IMG/VR virus record: IMGVR_UViG_3300035428_000399
Location: 25,124 to 89,123 of that record
DNA length: 64,000 bases
Strand: one strand, 5' to 3'
Origin: a virus
Lineage: Duplodnaviria > Caudoviricetes
The translations under genes and the position numbers were made by a program. Shown one piece after another: positions 9,530-19,638 of the stretch; position 1 is the stretch's first letter; each line of letters opens with the position of its first letter. The notes under the pieces are model-generated. The model had not been told where the DNA came from and did not search any database. It saw nothing but the letters and a program-made list of their open reading frames with translations.

Positions 9530-11760
9530 TGTACGAAGAATTATACATAATCAAAGACGGAGAGCGTCACAAGTTAGACCTGAACTGTCCGAGTGGGATT
9601 ACTCTAAACTTCAAGAGTAATCTCTTCGGCGATTTGTCTAAAATTTCAGCCTCGTATTCATATACATTCAAGTTGCCTATGACATTGAATAATCGATTGG
9701 CACTTGATACCCCTGAAGATATTCGACGTAATTCCACGACAACACGTCATAAATATAAATGTGAATTTTGGCAGAACGGTGTCGATCTATTTAGTGAGGC
9801 CAATCTTTACGTTGACACTACGGATTCTCAAAACTACAATGCTGTAATGACATGGGGCGTTGTCGCCGGATTTGAGGCTCTGAAAGATAACGACCTTTCA
9901 CTACGAGAAATTGGCAACGGAGTGAATGAACTTGGAAGATACGGTAGTATTTGGCTCCCGACTCCGGATGATTTCGACAATGATACTTTGCTGTTGCATC
10001 CATACCGGGGATTAGGTATCTATGAAGAATCAAAAGGAAAAGTATGGTGCCTTGTCAATTCCGAAAACAAGCCGGTCAGCGGAACCAATATACCAGTTGT
10101 TCCAATTCAATATATAATTGACAGAATAAATCGTACCTACGGCACTCGCTTTAATCTTGGTAATATTTACGATGGGCGTAGCTGGGATAATAATACTCAT
10201 TCCTACATACCAAATGGGGACAGTGTGATTATAAGCCGAGGCGTAGTGCCATTGGTTAAAACTGGTTTGACCGATGAACAATATGCCGTAAGGACGGCAA
10301 TTCTTACAAACTTCCAATCCCACAACTATAAACTCGTTTTAGGAAGTCTGGAAATCAATCTGCCATTTGATGCTTGGGATGGTAATAAATATCCACAAAT
10401 AATATCGTTCGATATCCAGCAACCGCAGAATAACAACTATTTCACAGTTGGTAGCGGGGGCAACGTAACCCCCTCCATTAACTGGGTTTTTTATAAGAAG
10501 AACTCCACCGGCAGTAAGATCGTATTAGTAGAAAAGTTTAAACTTGACGGCCATATTCGCGTGGTATTTGATGGTTGGACAACAGCAGAGTCTAAAATGA
10601 GTGTATACCACCGTGTAGCTGAGATAGACAACGACGATCCAACAAAAATCAATTACACCATGAAAGAGGTAGGTAGTGTTACCGGTCGTTTCGTGTCCTA
10701 CGAAAATATTGATGGAAAAACTTGTGATGTAATAGAATTCGATTTCAGAAAAAGCCATGGTCTAAGCTCTATCGAAATTGAAGACGGAGGCAGTTCTAGT
10801 GCCTATCCTTTCTTCTTCAATTTTAACAGGACTGTGAAACGAATAGTTGAGGGTAGAGTTGAAATCACACCCATGGGAATGCTTTCAGACGATGTTGTCA
10901 ATAAAGGATACGAAACTGATGTCTTCAGTAATCTACCAGACATTAGCTGTCTGGAATTCATGAAATCGTTATTTTATGTTATAGGAGCATTCCCCGGCTT
11001 ATCACGTGATGGAGAAATAATTCCTCTCCGTTACAGCACAATTCGCAAAAACATAAGCAATGGTAATGTTGCTGACTGGAGCGAGAAAATTATCACTGCA
11101 GTCCATGAGAATCCCGAAAAGATAGCGTTTAAAGTGAGCGGCTTCGGACAGAACAATTACTTTCTCATGAAAAACGATGATCTCGACCATACGGAACCGG
11201 AGGAAGGAGAGGATGTATATGAAACTGGAAAAATGAAAATTGTTTGCGACAATAATTCATTGGAGAGAAACAAAACGATAATTCAAATTCCTTGGTTCGG
11301 TCCATACCTCAAAAGTGGTAAGTGTCCGTCATTGGCAACTGAAAAGGATATGAAGTATCAAGAGTTTGACCCTAACGACTATAAATATTCTAACTGCGAA
11401 GCTAAGCCGGCACTCGGACTCATTGTGCCTGGAGCCGAAGGAACATATAAATCCTCATATGATAGCAGTGGCAATTTATTAAGTGAGACCTATACTCCGA
11501 ATGGGATGTACCGAATGTTCATGGTTGTTCTAAATCCATTTCGCGATGTGTATGAAAGTGATGACTATGACTATCTCCAAGAAATAGTATATCACCCGTA
11601 CATAATCACGGAAAGTTTTAGACTCGACGAATTCGATTTGAGAGATATAGATTTCACGCGCCCTGTATATCTGGAGAAGTACAATGCCTATTTCGCGATT
11701 GTATCAATCCAGCGTGATGCCAATGGCAAATGTAAATGCGAACTTATAAAACTCCCGTGA
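9529..11760 (+). CDS. Putative minor tail/baseplate protein
   Basis: 743 aa. SYSYTFKLP N-terminus and RPVYLEKYNAYF C-terminus resemble siphovirus tail-tip proteins. Confidence 0.65.
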   Translation: MYEELYIIKDGERHKLDLNCPSGITLNFKSNLFGDLSKISASYSYTFKLPMTLNNRLALDTPEDIRRNSTTTRHKYKCEFWQNGVDLFSEANLYVDTTDSQNYNAVMTWGVVAGFEALKDNDLSLREIGNGVNELGRYGSIWLPTPDDFDNDTLLLHPYRGLGIYEESKGKVWCLVNSENKPVSGTNIPVVPIQYIIDRINRTYGTRFNLGNIYDGRSWDNNTHSYIPNGDSVIISRGVVPLVKTGLTDEQYAVRTAILTNFQSHNYKLVLGSLEINLPFDAWDGNKYPQIISFDIQQPQNNNYFTVGSGGNVTPSINWVFYKKNSTGSKIVLVEKFKLDGHIRVVFDGWTTAESKMSVYHRVAEIDNDDPTKINYTMKEVGSVTGRFVSYENIDGKTCDVIEFDFRKSHGLSSIEIEDGGSSSAYPFFFNFNRTVKRIVEGRVEITPMGMLSDDVVNKGYETDVFSNLPDISCLEFMKSLFYVIGAFPGLSRDGEIIPLRYSTIRKNISNGNVADWSEKIITAVHENPEKIAFKVSGFGQNNYFLMKNDDLDHTEPEEGEDVYETGKMKIVCDNNSLERNKTIIQIPWFGPYLKSGKCPSLATEKDMKYQEFDPNDYKYSNCEAKPALGLIVPGAEGTYKSSYDSSGNLLSETYTPNGMYRMFMVVLNPFRDVYESDDYDYLQEIVYHPYIITESFRLDEFDLRDIDFTRPVYLEKYNAYFAIVSIQRDANGKCKCELIKLP

Positions 11761-11761
11761 T

Positions 11762-14700
11762 ATGGCTGACAACGATGTAAGAACGAAAATATTGGATATT
11801 CAGGTGCGTTATCAGGACGCACTTGATAAGATTGCGAAGTATCGCAAGGAAGTTGCCGACGCTATGGCCCGGCAGAAAGACCTCAAGAAAGAGTTGGATG
11901 CCGGCAGTATTACGCAGGAAGAGTATGCCCGTCAGGTTGAGACCACTCGCATATTCATCACACAACAGAACACTGCGATTAACACCCTCACTCGCCAAAT
12001 CAACAACCAGGAGAAAGCCCAGCAGGAAAACCTCGGCTCCCTCGTACAGTGGCGAGCAGAGCTGTCTAACCTTACGGCCGAGTATGACCGACTGAGTGAG
12101 GCAGATAGGACCGGAGAAGTCGGTGAAAACTTAAAAGCCCAGATTAACGACCTCACAACGAAACTCAAAGAGGCTGAGCAAGGCACGCAACGATTCTTCC
12201 GAAACGTCGGCAACTATCCCAATGCAATGGGGCAGGCTGCCAGTGCGACGAATGGACTCGTGGAAGCTCTATCGAAAGAGTGTAAGACAGCCGAGGATGC
12301 GCAAGACGCTAACGAAATACTGAAACGTGCGCTTGCCGGTATAGACCCGTCGGCCGAGGGAGCCACTGATGCGATTGAAACCCTCAACAAGAAGATTGAG
12401 GAGAACAACCAGATTATTAAACAGCACGAAGAACAGAGCGAAGGCCTTGTAGATTCTCTCGGCGATCTCGTTGGCATCAATACCAAGTTCGGCAGCTCAC
12501 TTGAGAACCTATCAAAAAACTCTGCAGGCTCCGTCATGGAGGGTTTGAATGTAAAGGCTAAAGCATTGTGGCAGACTCTGACTGGGCTTCTTGCGAATCC
12601 TTACGTTCTTGCCTTTCTTGGCATTGCTGCAGCGGGCATGGCTGTGAAATGGTGGTATGACTATAACAAAGGTCTCGTAGAAGCTACGAAACTTACTGGT
12701 GATCTTACCGGAAAGACCGGCGATGACCTTAAGAATTTCAGGAATGAGGTCCAAGCGACCGCCGACACCTTCAACCAGGATTTTGAAACAGTTCTCGAAG
12801 CTGCGAATAACTATGCCCAGCAATACGGCATCAGCGTTGATGAAGCCCTTAAAAAAATACAAGATGGCTTTATATCAGGAGCCAATGCTAACGGACAGTA
12901 TCTTGATAGTCTGAAAGAGTTCCCGGCGTATTTCCGCGAGGCCGGCGTAAGTGCCGACGGTTTTGTTGCCATCATGTCTCAGACGAGCAAGATGGGCGTA
13001 ACAAGCAACAAGGCTCTCGATACCATCAAGGAGGGCAATATTCGTATTCGCGAAATGTCCACTGCCACGGCAGAAGCCCTAGACAATCTGGGACTCAACT
13101 CCAAGAAGATTCAGCAGGAGTTAGCAGCCGGCACTACTACCACTTTTGAAGTGATGCAAAAAGTCAGCACAAAACTGTCTGAAATCCCTGAAAGCGCGCA
13201 AGTTGCCGGCGAAGCCATCACAAATATCTTTGGCGGTCCTGGTGAGGATGCCGGCTATAAGTATCTCACGACTCTCAAAGACATCAGCACCAATCTCGAC
13301 GATGTGAAAGAAAGGTCCGGAGAAATGGGACGTCTTCAGCAGGAGCAATTGCAGAGTCAGGTAGAACTTGACAATGCAATCTCCGCATTGTTTGATGCAA
13401 CCGGCGGAACGTTTGAGTCCATGACCACGCAGGCGAAGACGTTTGTCAATAAGGGCATTGTATCAGTCATCAAGGGCGTAGTGGATATATGCAATTGGTT
13501 TATTGACATGTATAATAAATCAGTCGTTGTACGCGCCGGTGTCGCAGGGTTAACCGCAAGTTTCAAAATGAGTTGGTCCATTATCAAGAATGTCTGCAAA
13601 CTAATTGTTGACGAGATAATGGCCCTCGGTAAAATAATCAAGGGTGTATTAACCCTCAGTTGGGATGATGTAGCTGCCGGTTGGAACCAGTTCAGAAAAG
13701 CCTCCACTCAAGCAGTCAAGAATATCGCTAAGGACTATGTAGATGGGGTTGGCGACGCTGTTGATTCAACGTTGCATGGGCAGATGGAGAAGATATCCCT
13801 CGACCTATCCAAATACGGTACCGAGAATACTCCTGCCAGTGACGGAAACGCTGGTGGTGGCGGAGGAGGTAAAAAACATGCCACGAAGAAGACAGGTAGC
13901 GGAAAGACCGGGACCACCAGCAAAGGTTCGTCTGCATCTGATCCGGCCAAGGTGGAAGCTGAATTACTGCGCAAGGCTGAGGATGAACTGTTGAAGATAA
14001 CGAAGCAGTCCGCCGAGACGCGCCGTAAGCAGCTTGAGCTCTCGTATGATCGTCAGATAGAAGATTATAAGAAGAAACTTGCCGAAGATAAAACCCTCAC
14101 TGAACAGAGCAAGGCTGCTATTCTCAGCATTATAGATTCACTCGGCCAGCAGAAAGCCAAAGCTATTGCGGAGTTCGATGATGAGGAACTGCGCAAACAG
14201 ATTGAGCACAATACTAAACTCATTGAACTGAAGCTCTCTGCCGCAGAGGAAGGAACTAAGGAAGAACTTGAGCTGAAACTCCAAGCTATCGACCAAAAGG
14301 AAAAACTTGACCTTGCTCAAGCCGAAAAAGACTATGAAAATGAAATAGAACGTCAAGAGGCTCTTGCTGCCATCCGTGAGAAATACCAGAAAGAGCGAGA
14401 GGAGGCTGAGGACGCCAGTAAGACACTCACTTATGAGAGGCAGAAGCAGGTTCTCGAGAATGAAATTGAGCAACTTGACATTGCTGAAACTGAAAAGCAG
14501 CTACATCGCGACGGGTGGCGCACCATGACCGATGAGGAAATGGAAGCTGACCAAGAACGGAAATTACAGTCGATAGGTGGGTATGAAGCTGAAAAACTTC
14601 GTATGGAGAGGGATGCGGCCGAACAAGCATATCAGGCATTGCTTGAACGCGGTCAGCTATCTACACAAACCGAAGCGGAATGGCAAAATGAACAGAATAA

Positions 14701-15343
14701 CGCCAAACAAGAGTGGCTGAATAAGCAAGTTGCAATAAATGAGGCGTATGTCAAAAATGAGCAAGCAAAGGCTCAAGCCGCCAGAGCTGTATCGAATAGC
14801 TTAATTAGTCTATTAGAGGCAGTCGGTGAAGAAGGGTCTGCTGCTGCAAAAATGGCAAAGGTTATTGCTTTGGCACAGATAGCCATTGATACCGGTAAAG
14901 CGTTATCCGCAGGTATCGCCAGCGCCTCGGCTGTCCCATTCCCCGGCAACCTTGTAGCAATTGCCACAACCGTTGCAACTGTCCTCGCAAACGTCGCTAC
15001 GGCTATTTCCACGGTCAAGAGTGCGAAATTTGCCACGGGTGGTAAAGTTAATGGTCCGGGGTCAGGAACGAGCGACAGTATACCCGCAATGCTCTCTAAC
15101 GGCGAGTATGTAATGACAGCACGAGCCACAAGGCTGTTTGAGCCCCTCCTTGCCGCTATGAATGGCATCGGCGCCGGCGTACCGATTCAGGTAGCCAACT
15201 CTTATCAGAGTGTTGATAACGCCGAAATGATGACGGACTCGTTCAAAGAAGCCGCACGAGAGATTAAACCAGTGGTATCGGTAGTCGAGATTACCGAGGC
15301 ACAGGAGAGAGTAGATATGATTGAAAACTTAGACAACTTCTAA
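11762..15343 (+). CDS. Tail tape measure protein
   Basis: 1193 aa, Ala/Gln/Glu-rich coiled coil, C-terminal FATGG...GTSDSIPAMLSNGEYVM motif. Confidence 0.9.
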   Translation: MADNDVRTKILDIQVRYQDALDKIAKYRKEVADAMARQKDLKKELDAGSITQEEYARQVETTRIFITQQNTAINTLTRQINNQEKAQQENLGSLVQWRAELSNLTAEYDRLSEADRTGEVGENLKAQINDLTTKLKEAEQGTQRFFRNVGNYPNAMGQAASATNGLVEALSKECKTAEDAQDANEILKRALAGIDPSAEGATDAIETLNKKIEENNQIIKQHEEQSEGLVDSLGDLVGINTKFGSSLENLSKNSAGSVMEGLNVKAKALWQTLTGLLANPYVLAFLGIAAAGMAVKWWYDYNKGLVEATKLTGDLTGKTGDDLKNFRNEVQATADTFNQDFETVLEAANNYAQQYGISVDEALKKIQDGFISGANANGQYLDSLKEFPAYFREAGVSADGFVAIMSQTSKMGVTSNKALDTIKEGNIRIREMSTATAEALDNLGLNSKKIQQELAAGTTTTFEVMQKVSTKLSEIPESAQVAGEAITNIFGGPGEDAGYKYLTTLKDISTNLDDVKERSGEMGRLQQEQLQSQVELDNAISALFDATGGTFESMTTQAKTFVNKGIVSVIKGVVDICNWFIDMYNKSVVVRAGVAGLTASFKMSWSIIKNVCKLIVDEIMALGKIIKGVLTLSWDDVAAGWNQFRKASTQAVKNIAKDYVDGVGDAVDSTLHGQMEKISLDLSKYGTENTPASDGNAGGGGGGKKHATKKTGSGKTGTTSKGSSASDPAKVEAELLRKAEDELLKITKQSAETRRKQLELSYDRQIEDYKKKLAEDKTLTEQSKAAILSIIDSLGQQKAKAIAEFDDEELRKQIEHNTKLIELKLSAAEEGTKEELELKLQAIDQKEKLDLAQAEKDYENEIERQEALAAIREKYQKEREEAEDASKTLTYERQKQVLENEIEQLDIAETEKQLHRDGWRTMTDEEMEADQERKLQSIGGYEAEKLRMERDAAEQAYQALLERGQLSTQTEAEWQNEQNNAKQEWLNKQVAINEAYVKNEQAKAQAARAVSNSLISLLEAVGEEGSAAAKMAKVIALAQIAIDTGKALSAGIASASAVPFPGNLVAIATTVATVLANVATAISTVKSAKFATGGKVNGPGSGTSDSIPAMLSNGEYVMTARATRLFEPLLAAMNGIGAGVPIQVANSYQSVDNAEMMTDSFKEAAREIKPVVSVVEITEAQERVDMIENLDNF

Positions 15344-15349
15344 CCCGAT

Positions 15350-15583
15350 ATGAACTGCTACGAACTAATTAAGAGCAACTCCAGCCTGCTCCAAATCCTG
15401 AAAAACAATCAGATTAGCGTGAACGACATCGACAATCTCCAGATATACGAAGAGTTTCGCGAAATGAAGAAACAGAATCACAAGACCGTGTACTGTGTGT
15501 ATGTGCTTGCCGACAAATACGGCAAATCACAGCGCACGATATACAATATCATTGATCACTTCCGTAGCAACGTCGCGATATAA
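15350..15583 (+). CDS. Small HTH DNA-binding protein (possible late regulator)
   Basis: C-terminal HTH-like VLADKYGKSQRTIYNII. Confidence 0.6.
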   Translation: MNCYELIKSNSSLLQILKNNQISVNDIDNLQIYEEFREMKKQNHKTVYCVYVLADKYGKSQRTIYNIIDHFRSNVAI

Positions 15584-15627
15584 TAAGAGCCGGCAGAGTG
15601 TGTACCAGCCCTGTATAGTGCGGATTG

Positions 15628-16191
15628 TTAGAAGCCGTCCGAGAATGAAGTCTTTGAATTCTTGCCAAGAGCATCAGTTATAAGTGTGTGCTCTTTGGCA
15701 AGAATCTTGCCGACTTTATCTTTCTTCCATTCCTTTTCATACATTTTAGAATCGCCAAGCTCAATCCTTATTTTAGCGATTCCTGACTGGATCTGTTCAA
15801 GTTGTTCAGGTGTGATAGAGTATTGGGCCGATACCTCCCATATATTGATTCCGGAGATTGTTTTTAGCTCATCTGTGCCACCCATATAGGTAGACAGTTC
15901 GACTACGTTACCTGCCGTAGTTTTTATGAGCATTCGGCCTCCCTTGTGGATAGTTGTTACTTCCCCGCAGTTCAACTGGATACAGAGGGTATATAACCCC
16001 TCTCTCGATACTGGTTGCATATAGCTTAGCCCGATAAAGAGCTTCATTTTGTCGGAAAATCCTCCGACATTCTCCTTCGAGCAGAAGATATATCTATTGC
16101 CATCAGCAGGAGTGTCGTCTGAAATAATTTTCTGTGCGAATGCTGATGCCCCAATCAATAGGCACGCAAGCAGGGACATAACCTTATTCAT
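15628..16191 (-). CDS. Exported protein with signal peptide (moron-like)
   Basis: N-terminus MNKVMSLLACLLIGASAFA|Q; opposite strand to the surrounding phage genes. Confidence 0.75.
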   Translation of the reverse strand: MNKVMSLLACLLIGASAFAQKIISDDTPADGNRYIFCSKENVGGFSDKMKLFIGLSYMQPVSREGLYTLCIQLNCGEVTTIHKGGRMLIKTTAGNVVELSTYMGGTDELKTISGINIWEVSAQYSITPEQLEQIQSGIAKIRIELGDSKMYEKEWKKDKVGKILAKEHTLITDALGKNSKTSFSDGF

Positions 16192-16691
16192 ATCGTAGTC
16201 TTTAATAATTCAGGGTGGAAGAAACCAATCATCCAGCGGAAGATGCGGCAGGTATAGTAATGGTAGTCGTATGGAGCCTCAAAGAATCTTCTGTTCAATT
16301 CATCTTCGGCAGGTATACGGTCAACGTAACCGCCGTCAATCTCGATATGCCAGCCATCGAAATCGAAAGTGTCAGTCGCACCCTCTTTAGGAATTATTGG
16401 CAAGTGTAGGTTGTGGGGGTAGTTCTTCTTGGTAGAAAAGCCAGCTTTGAATACTCCACATACATAAATCGCCTTGTAGCTACCATCGGGTTGCTCATCA
16501 AAGGTTATTTCGTTTGGGAATGGCGCGTACTCGCCGGACACCTCATCTTTGTTCCAGGCTGCGCAGAACTTTTTACTCCACGAGCCTTTTACGCAAGCGG
16601 CACAATGGTGTCTTATATCTCCCTCCCGGACATATTTGGTCCAGAAGTATTTGAATTTTGTCGGGTCGATGTTATGTCTGATAGTTACCAT
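16188..16691 (-). CDS. Uncharacterised Cys/His protein, paralog of 950..1420
   Basis: Start re-assigned to the ATG at 16691 (MVTIRH...), which aligns with MVEIEY... of the paralog. The stop overlaps the next start. Confidence 0.78.
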   Translation of the reverse strand: MVTIRHNIDPTKFKYFWTKYVREGDIRHHCAACVKGSWSKKFCAAWNKDEVSGEYAPFPNEITFDEQPDGSYKAIYVCGVFKAGFSTKKNYPHNLHLPIIPKEGATDTFDFDGWHIEIDGGYVDRIPAEDELNRRFFEAPYDYHYYTCRIFRWMIGFFHPELLKTTI

Positions 16692-16750
16692 AGTCACTTC
16701 ATATTTGCGGTTCAACATAGGCAACCACCCACAAAAAGACGCAGGACAGG

Positions 16751-16893
16751 AGCCTAACGTCGTCCGGCCTACCACAGCCGTTTACCCAATAGGTCGTGTC
16801 CTGCGCGTATATGCACACAGAGCCACTATGCCCAGTGGGTAAACTTTCGATAGCCCGATGTTATCAGTGTGGTAGTTCGACGACGATTAGGCT
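16751..16893. ncRNA. Candidate structured leader/ncRNA (three-way junction on a long basal stem)
   Basis: Nested complementary segments AGCCTAACGTCGTC/GACGACGATTAGGCT, CTACCACA/TGTGGTAG, GTTTACCCA/TGGGTAAAC and GATAGC/GTTATC. Confidence 0.55.
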
Positions 16894-16948
16894 ATAGTAT
16901 GTCTGCTGATTTACTATTCAGCTCGCTCGCCAAGTTCCTCAGCGACTG

Positions 16949-16956
16949 CAAAGGTA
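16949..16956 (-). promoter_or_regulatory. Bacteroidetes -7 box (TACCTTTG) for the leftward transcript
   Basis: Reverse complement of CAAAGGTA, back-to-back with promoter copy b. The -33 box is weak. Confidence 0.5.
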
Positions 16957-16996
16957 CGAATAATCCGCGACGTGACCTAATCAGAGCGAGAAAAAT

Positions 16997-17091
16997 TTGC
17001 AGATTTGATTAAAATAACGGCTATAAAAGTTGCAGGAATGATTATTTTTGATTATCTTTGCGTATGCAAATAAGATAAAACTAATCAAAAA
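16997..17091 (+). promoter_or_regulatory. Repeated phage promoter module, copy b
   Basis: TTGCAGATTTGATTA (16997) and TTGCAGGAATGATTA (17030); -7 TATCTTTG 17053-17060. Confidence 0.85.
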
Positions 17092-17102
17092 CATCGGACA
17101 CG

Positions 17103-17387
17103 ATGAGCAATCAAATCAATACACCGGCGCCCAACGAGGGCACATATAAGGCGACAGTGGTCGAATATGACGACTTTGCTGTGAAGAGAGAGTTTGTAGC
17201 TGAAGCTCCCACCAAAGAGGAGCTGTTCAGAAGATTCTACGAATGGAACCGCACACTCCGCTACTGTAACGGCTGCTATTTCAAGTTCTTCGATGAGAAC
17301 GTTAAGGCCGAGTACCACTCGTGGTACGAGTCTCTTTCCGAAATGACAAGATTTGATATGTATTATGGCGATGGAATCGTTGACTAA
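17103..17387 (+). CDS. Hypothetical protein
   Basis: 94-aa ORF directly after promoter copy b. Confidence 0.7.
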   Translation: MSNQINTPAPNEGTYKATVVEYDDFAVKREFVAEAPTKEELFRRFYEWNRTLRYCNGCYFKFFDENVKAEYHSWYESLSEMTRFDMYYGDGIVD

Positions 17388-17778
17388 TGCCCCGGTAGTG
17401 GATTGCCAGGAGCTACGCTCCCTCATTACTTGCGCTATGGACTACGGCTATCAGTTTGGCCTCGCCAATCTGTTGGCTATCGAGAACCCCATCGACGCGG
17501 ATCCTTACTTTGAGCAGACCGTAGACGCAATTTTCGATGGGCGAGACATCTTCTTCACGGATGTGGAGAATGGCAAGAGATTCCGGCTCTGCAAAGATTC
17601 TCTTCTCAAAGCCGCGTATGAATATGCCAAGATGTATCCCGAAATCTATTCCGAGATCGGTGGTGCTGATGGCTATATTCCACAAGTCGGCATGAAGATT
17701 CTTCTTTGTGCTTTGTATGGTTGGCCGATGGTTATCACAGAAGTAGGTACTCGCTTTGAGAGATTCCTGAAGTTATGA
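17353..17778 (+). CDS. Hypothetical protein (start uncertain)
   Basis: Co-oriented ORF in a tightly packed operon. Confidence 0.6.
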   Translation: MICIMAMESLTNAPVVDCQELRSLITCAMDYGYQFGLANLLAIENPIDADPYFEQTVDAIFDGRDIFFTDVENGKRFRLCKDSLLKAAYEYAKMYPEIYSEIGGADGYIPQVGMKILLCALYGWPMVITEVGTRFERFLKL

Positions 17779-17863
17779 CTACACATAAGAAACTTATAGA
17801 CACCCTGAAAAGGATTACCAATCACGCAAGTAAGATATTCCCAATCAAAAAATTCACCGCAAT

Positions 17864-18130
17864 ATGGCAAGAGATTTAGGGCACTTTAAGTATGCTCCCA
17901 ACAAAATTTATCGACTGAAAGTGCTGGCAATACACGCAGACATCAACGAAGAAGAACTCTACGATGATTACGAAGAGGCCCGACACGATTATGAAACATG
18001 GAAATACGACCAGCGCGTAATGGACGCGCATGGTTGTGTATCGCTCGTAGAAATGAGCACTAACCCTATGTCCGAAGACAAGCCGAATAAGTTCATTGTC
18101 ACCAAAGAACTTGGCGATCACCAATGGTAA
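17864..18130 (+). CDS. Hypothetical protein
   Basis: Co-oriented 88-aa ORF. Confidence 0.6.
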   Translation: MARDLGHFKYAPNKIYRLKVLAIHADINEEELYDDYEEARHDYETWKYDQRVMDAHGCVSLVEMSTNPMSEDKPNKFIVTKELGDHQW

Positions 18131-18148
18131 CCCTCAACTCAAAATAAA

Positions 18149-18523
18149 ATGTCAGCAACAGCAGAACTTATGGAAATTGGTCTGGCTCCTGGGTGTGTTC
18201 ATACCAATGCACGAGAGAAGAAATACTATCTAATGAAACGCTTTGTCAGAGCCGCAATCCAGTACGCAGAGCGTGTCCAAAAGACAACAGTGAAAATCGT
18301 GGCTTTCTTCCTCTATGAGACACCTTTCAACAGCATCGTTATGGTGAACAACGAAAGCACATTCAACGACGTGTCGGACATCTTCTGCACGCCCGAATTT
18401 ACCAACGATGAACGTCGGGAAATCCTCATAAACCTCAAAGTCACAGATAACGAGACGTGCGAAGCAGCCTCTCGTGGATATCGACTCTCTTCGGCTCCAG
18501 TTTTAGCAGTAATAACATTCTAA
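18149..18523 (+). CDS. Hypothetical protein
   Basis: Co-oriented 124-aa ORF with A-rich leader. Confidence 0.6.
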   Translation: MSATAELMEIGLAPGCVHTNAREKKYYLMKRFVRAAIQYAERVQKTTVKIVAFFLYETPFNSIVMVNNESTFNDVSDIFCTPEFTNDERREILINLKVTDNETCEAASRGYRLSSAPVLAVITF

Positions 18524-18536
18524 ATTAAATATCAAT

Positions 18537-19244
18537 ATGCCAAACCACATCACAAGTCGCCTGACAATCACAGGCGAGGCTGCAGAAGTAGCAAAAGTGT
18601 TCGCTTTCATCAAAGCCGACGAACCCGATAAAGACGGATCATATCGTCTAATGGACCTCAACAAAATCGTTCCGATGCCTGAAGAACTTGACATCGAAAG
18701 TTCTACACTCGTTGAAGACGGCGCCGACTACCTCTTAGGGCTTTCGGGGAATTGCCTTGAAGTTGCGGACTTCAAACAGACTTCCAAATACCAGCGCATG
18801 GCAAAAATGGAAAAGGAGAACCCCAAAATGTTTGAACAGGCAATAGAGCTCGGCAGAAAGAAATTGCATAACATCGCCAACTACGGAGATGGCGATTGGT
18901 ATAGTTGGAGAATATCAAACTGGGGAACCAAATGGAACGCCTACAGCCACCATCAGGTGGACAAAAACACAATCGAATTCCAGACGGCGTGGAACGGAAT
19001 CCCACAGATTATCGCACTCATCGCTGAGGAATTCCCCACTGTCTTCATCGAATATAAATTTGCCGACGAAAACGCCGGCTACAATGTCGGTCACTTCAAA
19101 TTCCACGACGGAGAGATAGAAGACCTAAGCCCGGAGGACGACACGCCCGAAGCGTGGGAGCTTGTTTTTGAACTCGGCGTAAGAGACAGAGAAGATTATG
19201 TTCAACTGCCCAACGGCTCGTGGGAATATCGCAACGATGAATAG
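18537..19244 (+). CDS. DUF1281/YubB-like ferredoxin-fold protein
   Basis: MPNHITSRLTITG start, W..SNWGTKWNA and FQTAW motifs (family recalled, not searched). Confidence 0.7.
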   Translation: MPNHITSRLTITGEAAEVAKVFAFIKADEPDKDGSYRLMDLNKIVPMPEELDIESSTLVEDGADYLLGLSGNCLEVADFKQTSKYQRMAKMEKENPKMFEQAIELGRKKLHNIANYGDGDWYSWRISNWGTKWNAYSHHQVDKNTIEFQTAWNGIPQIIALIAEEFPTVFIEYKFADENAGYNVGHFKFHDGEIEDLSPEDDTPEAWELVFELGVRDREDYVQLPNGSWEYRNDE

Positions 19245-19638
19245 AGAGAAAAACTCACACCCGAAACTTGTGGCATTCATAAACTCCGACGTGAACAAAC
19301 GTAACAACGAAAGCCCGGAGTTTATGATGCTACAGAGCGGATATGCGAACGGATACGTCGCTATTCCGCCGTCACATCCTGACTATGGGAAAAATCTAAT
19401 GGACGACGAATCGATCGAAGTCCATGGCGGCGTAACTTTCTGCGAGTCATATGCAACCTGCAAGAAAAGCTTCAAAAATATGGAATTTATAGGTGAAGCA
19501 TCAGGAGTCAAAGGACATTGGTGGGTGATTGGTTTTGATACCTGCCACTTCTCAGACAGCCTTGAGCGATGCCCTCGCGAATATGTAATCAAAGAAGTCA
19601 ATCATCTTAAATCTCAACTCGAACAAAGATGGAATTAG
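19237..19638 (+). CDS. Hypothetical phage protein
   Basis: GYANGYV, EVHGGVTF and WVIGFDTCH motifs; start at the ATG overlapping the upstream stop. Confidence 0.7.
   Translation: MNREKNSHPKLVAFINSDVNKRNNESPEFMMLQSGYANGYVAIPPSHPDYGKNLMDDESIEVHGGVTFCESYATCKKSFKNMEFIGEASGVKGHWWVIGFDTCHFSDSLERCPREYVIKEVNHLKSQLEQRWN

Noticed and set aside
16770-16875. Hammerhead ribozyme on the minus strand (CTGATAA...GAAA junction)
   Set aside because: The core deviates from CUGANGA, and the cleavage-site position reads GGC rather than NUH.
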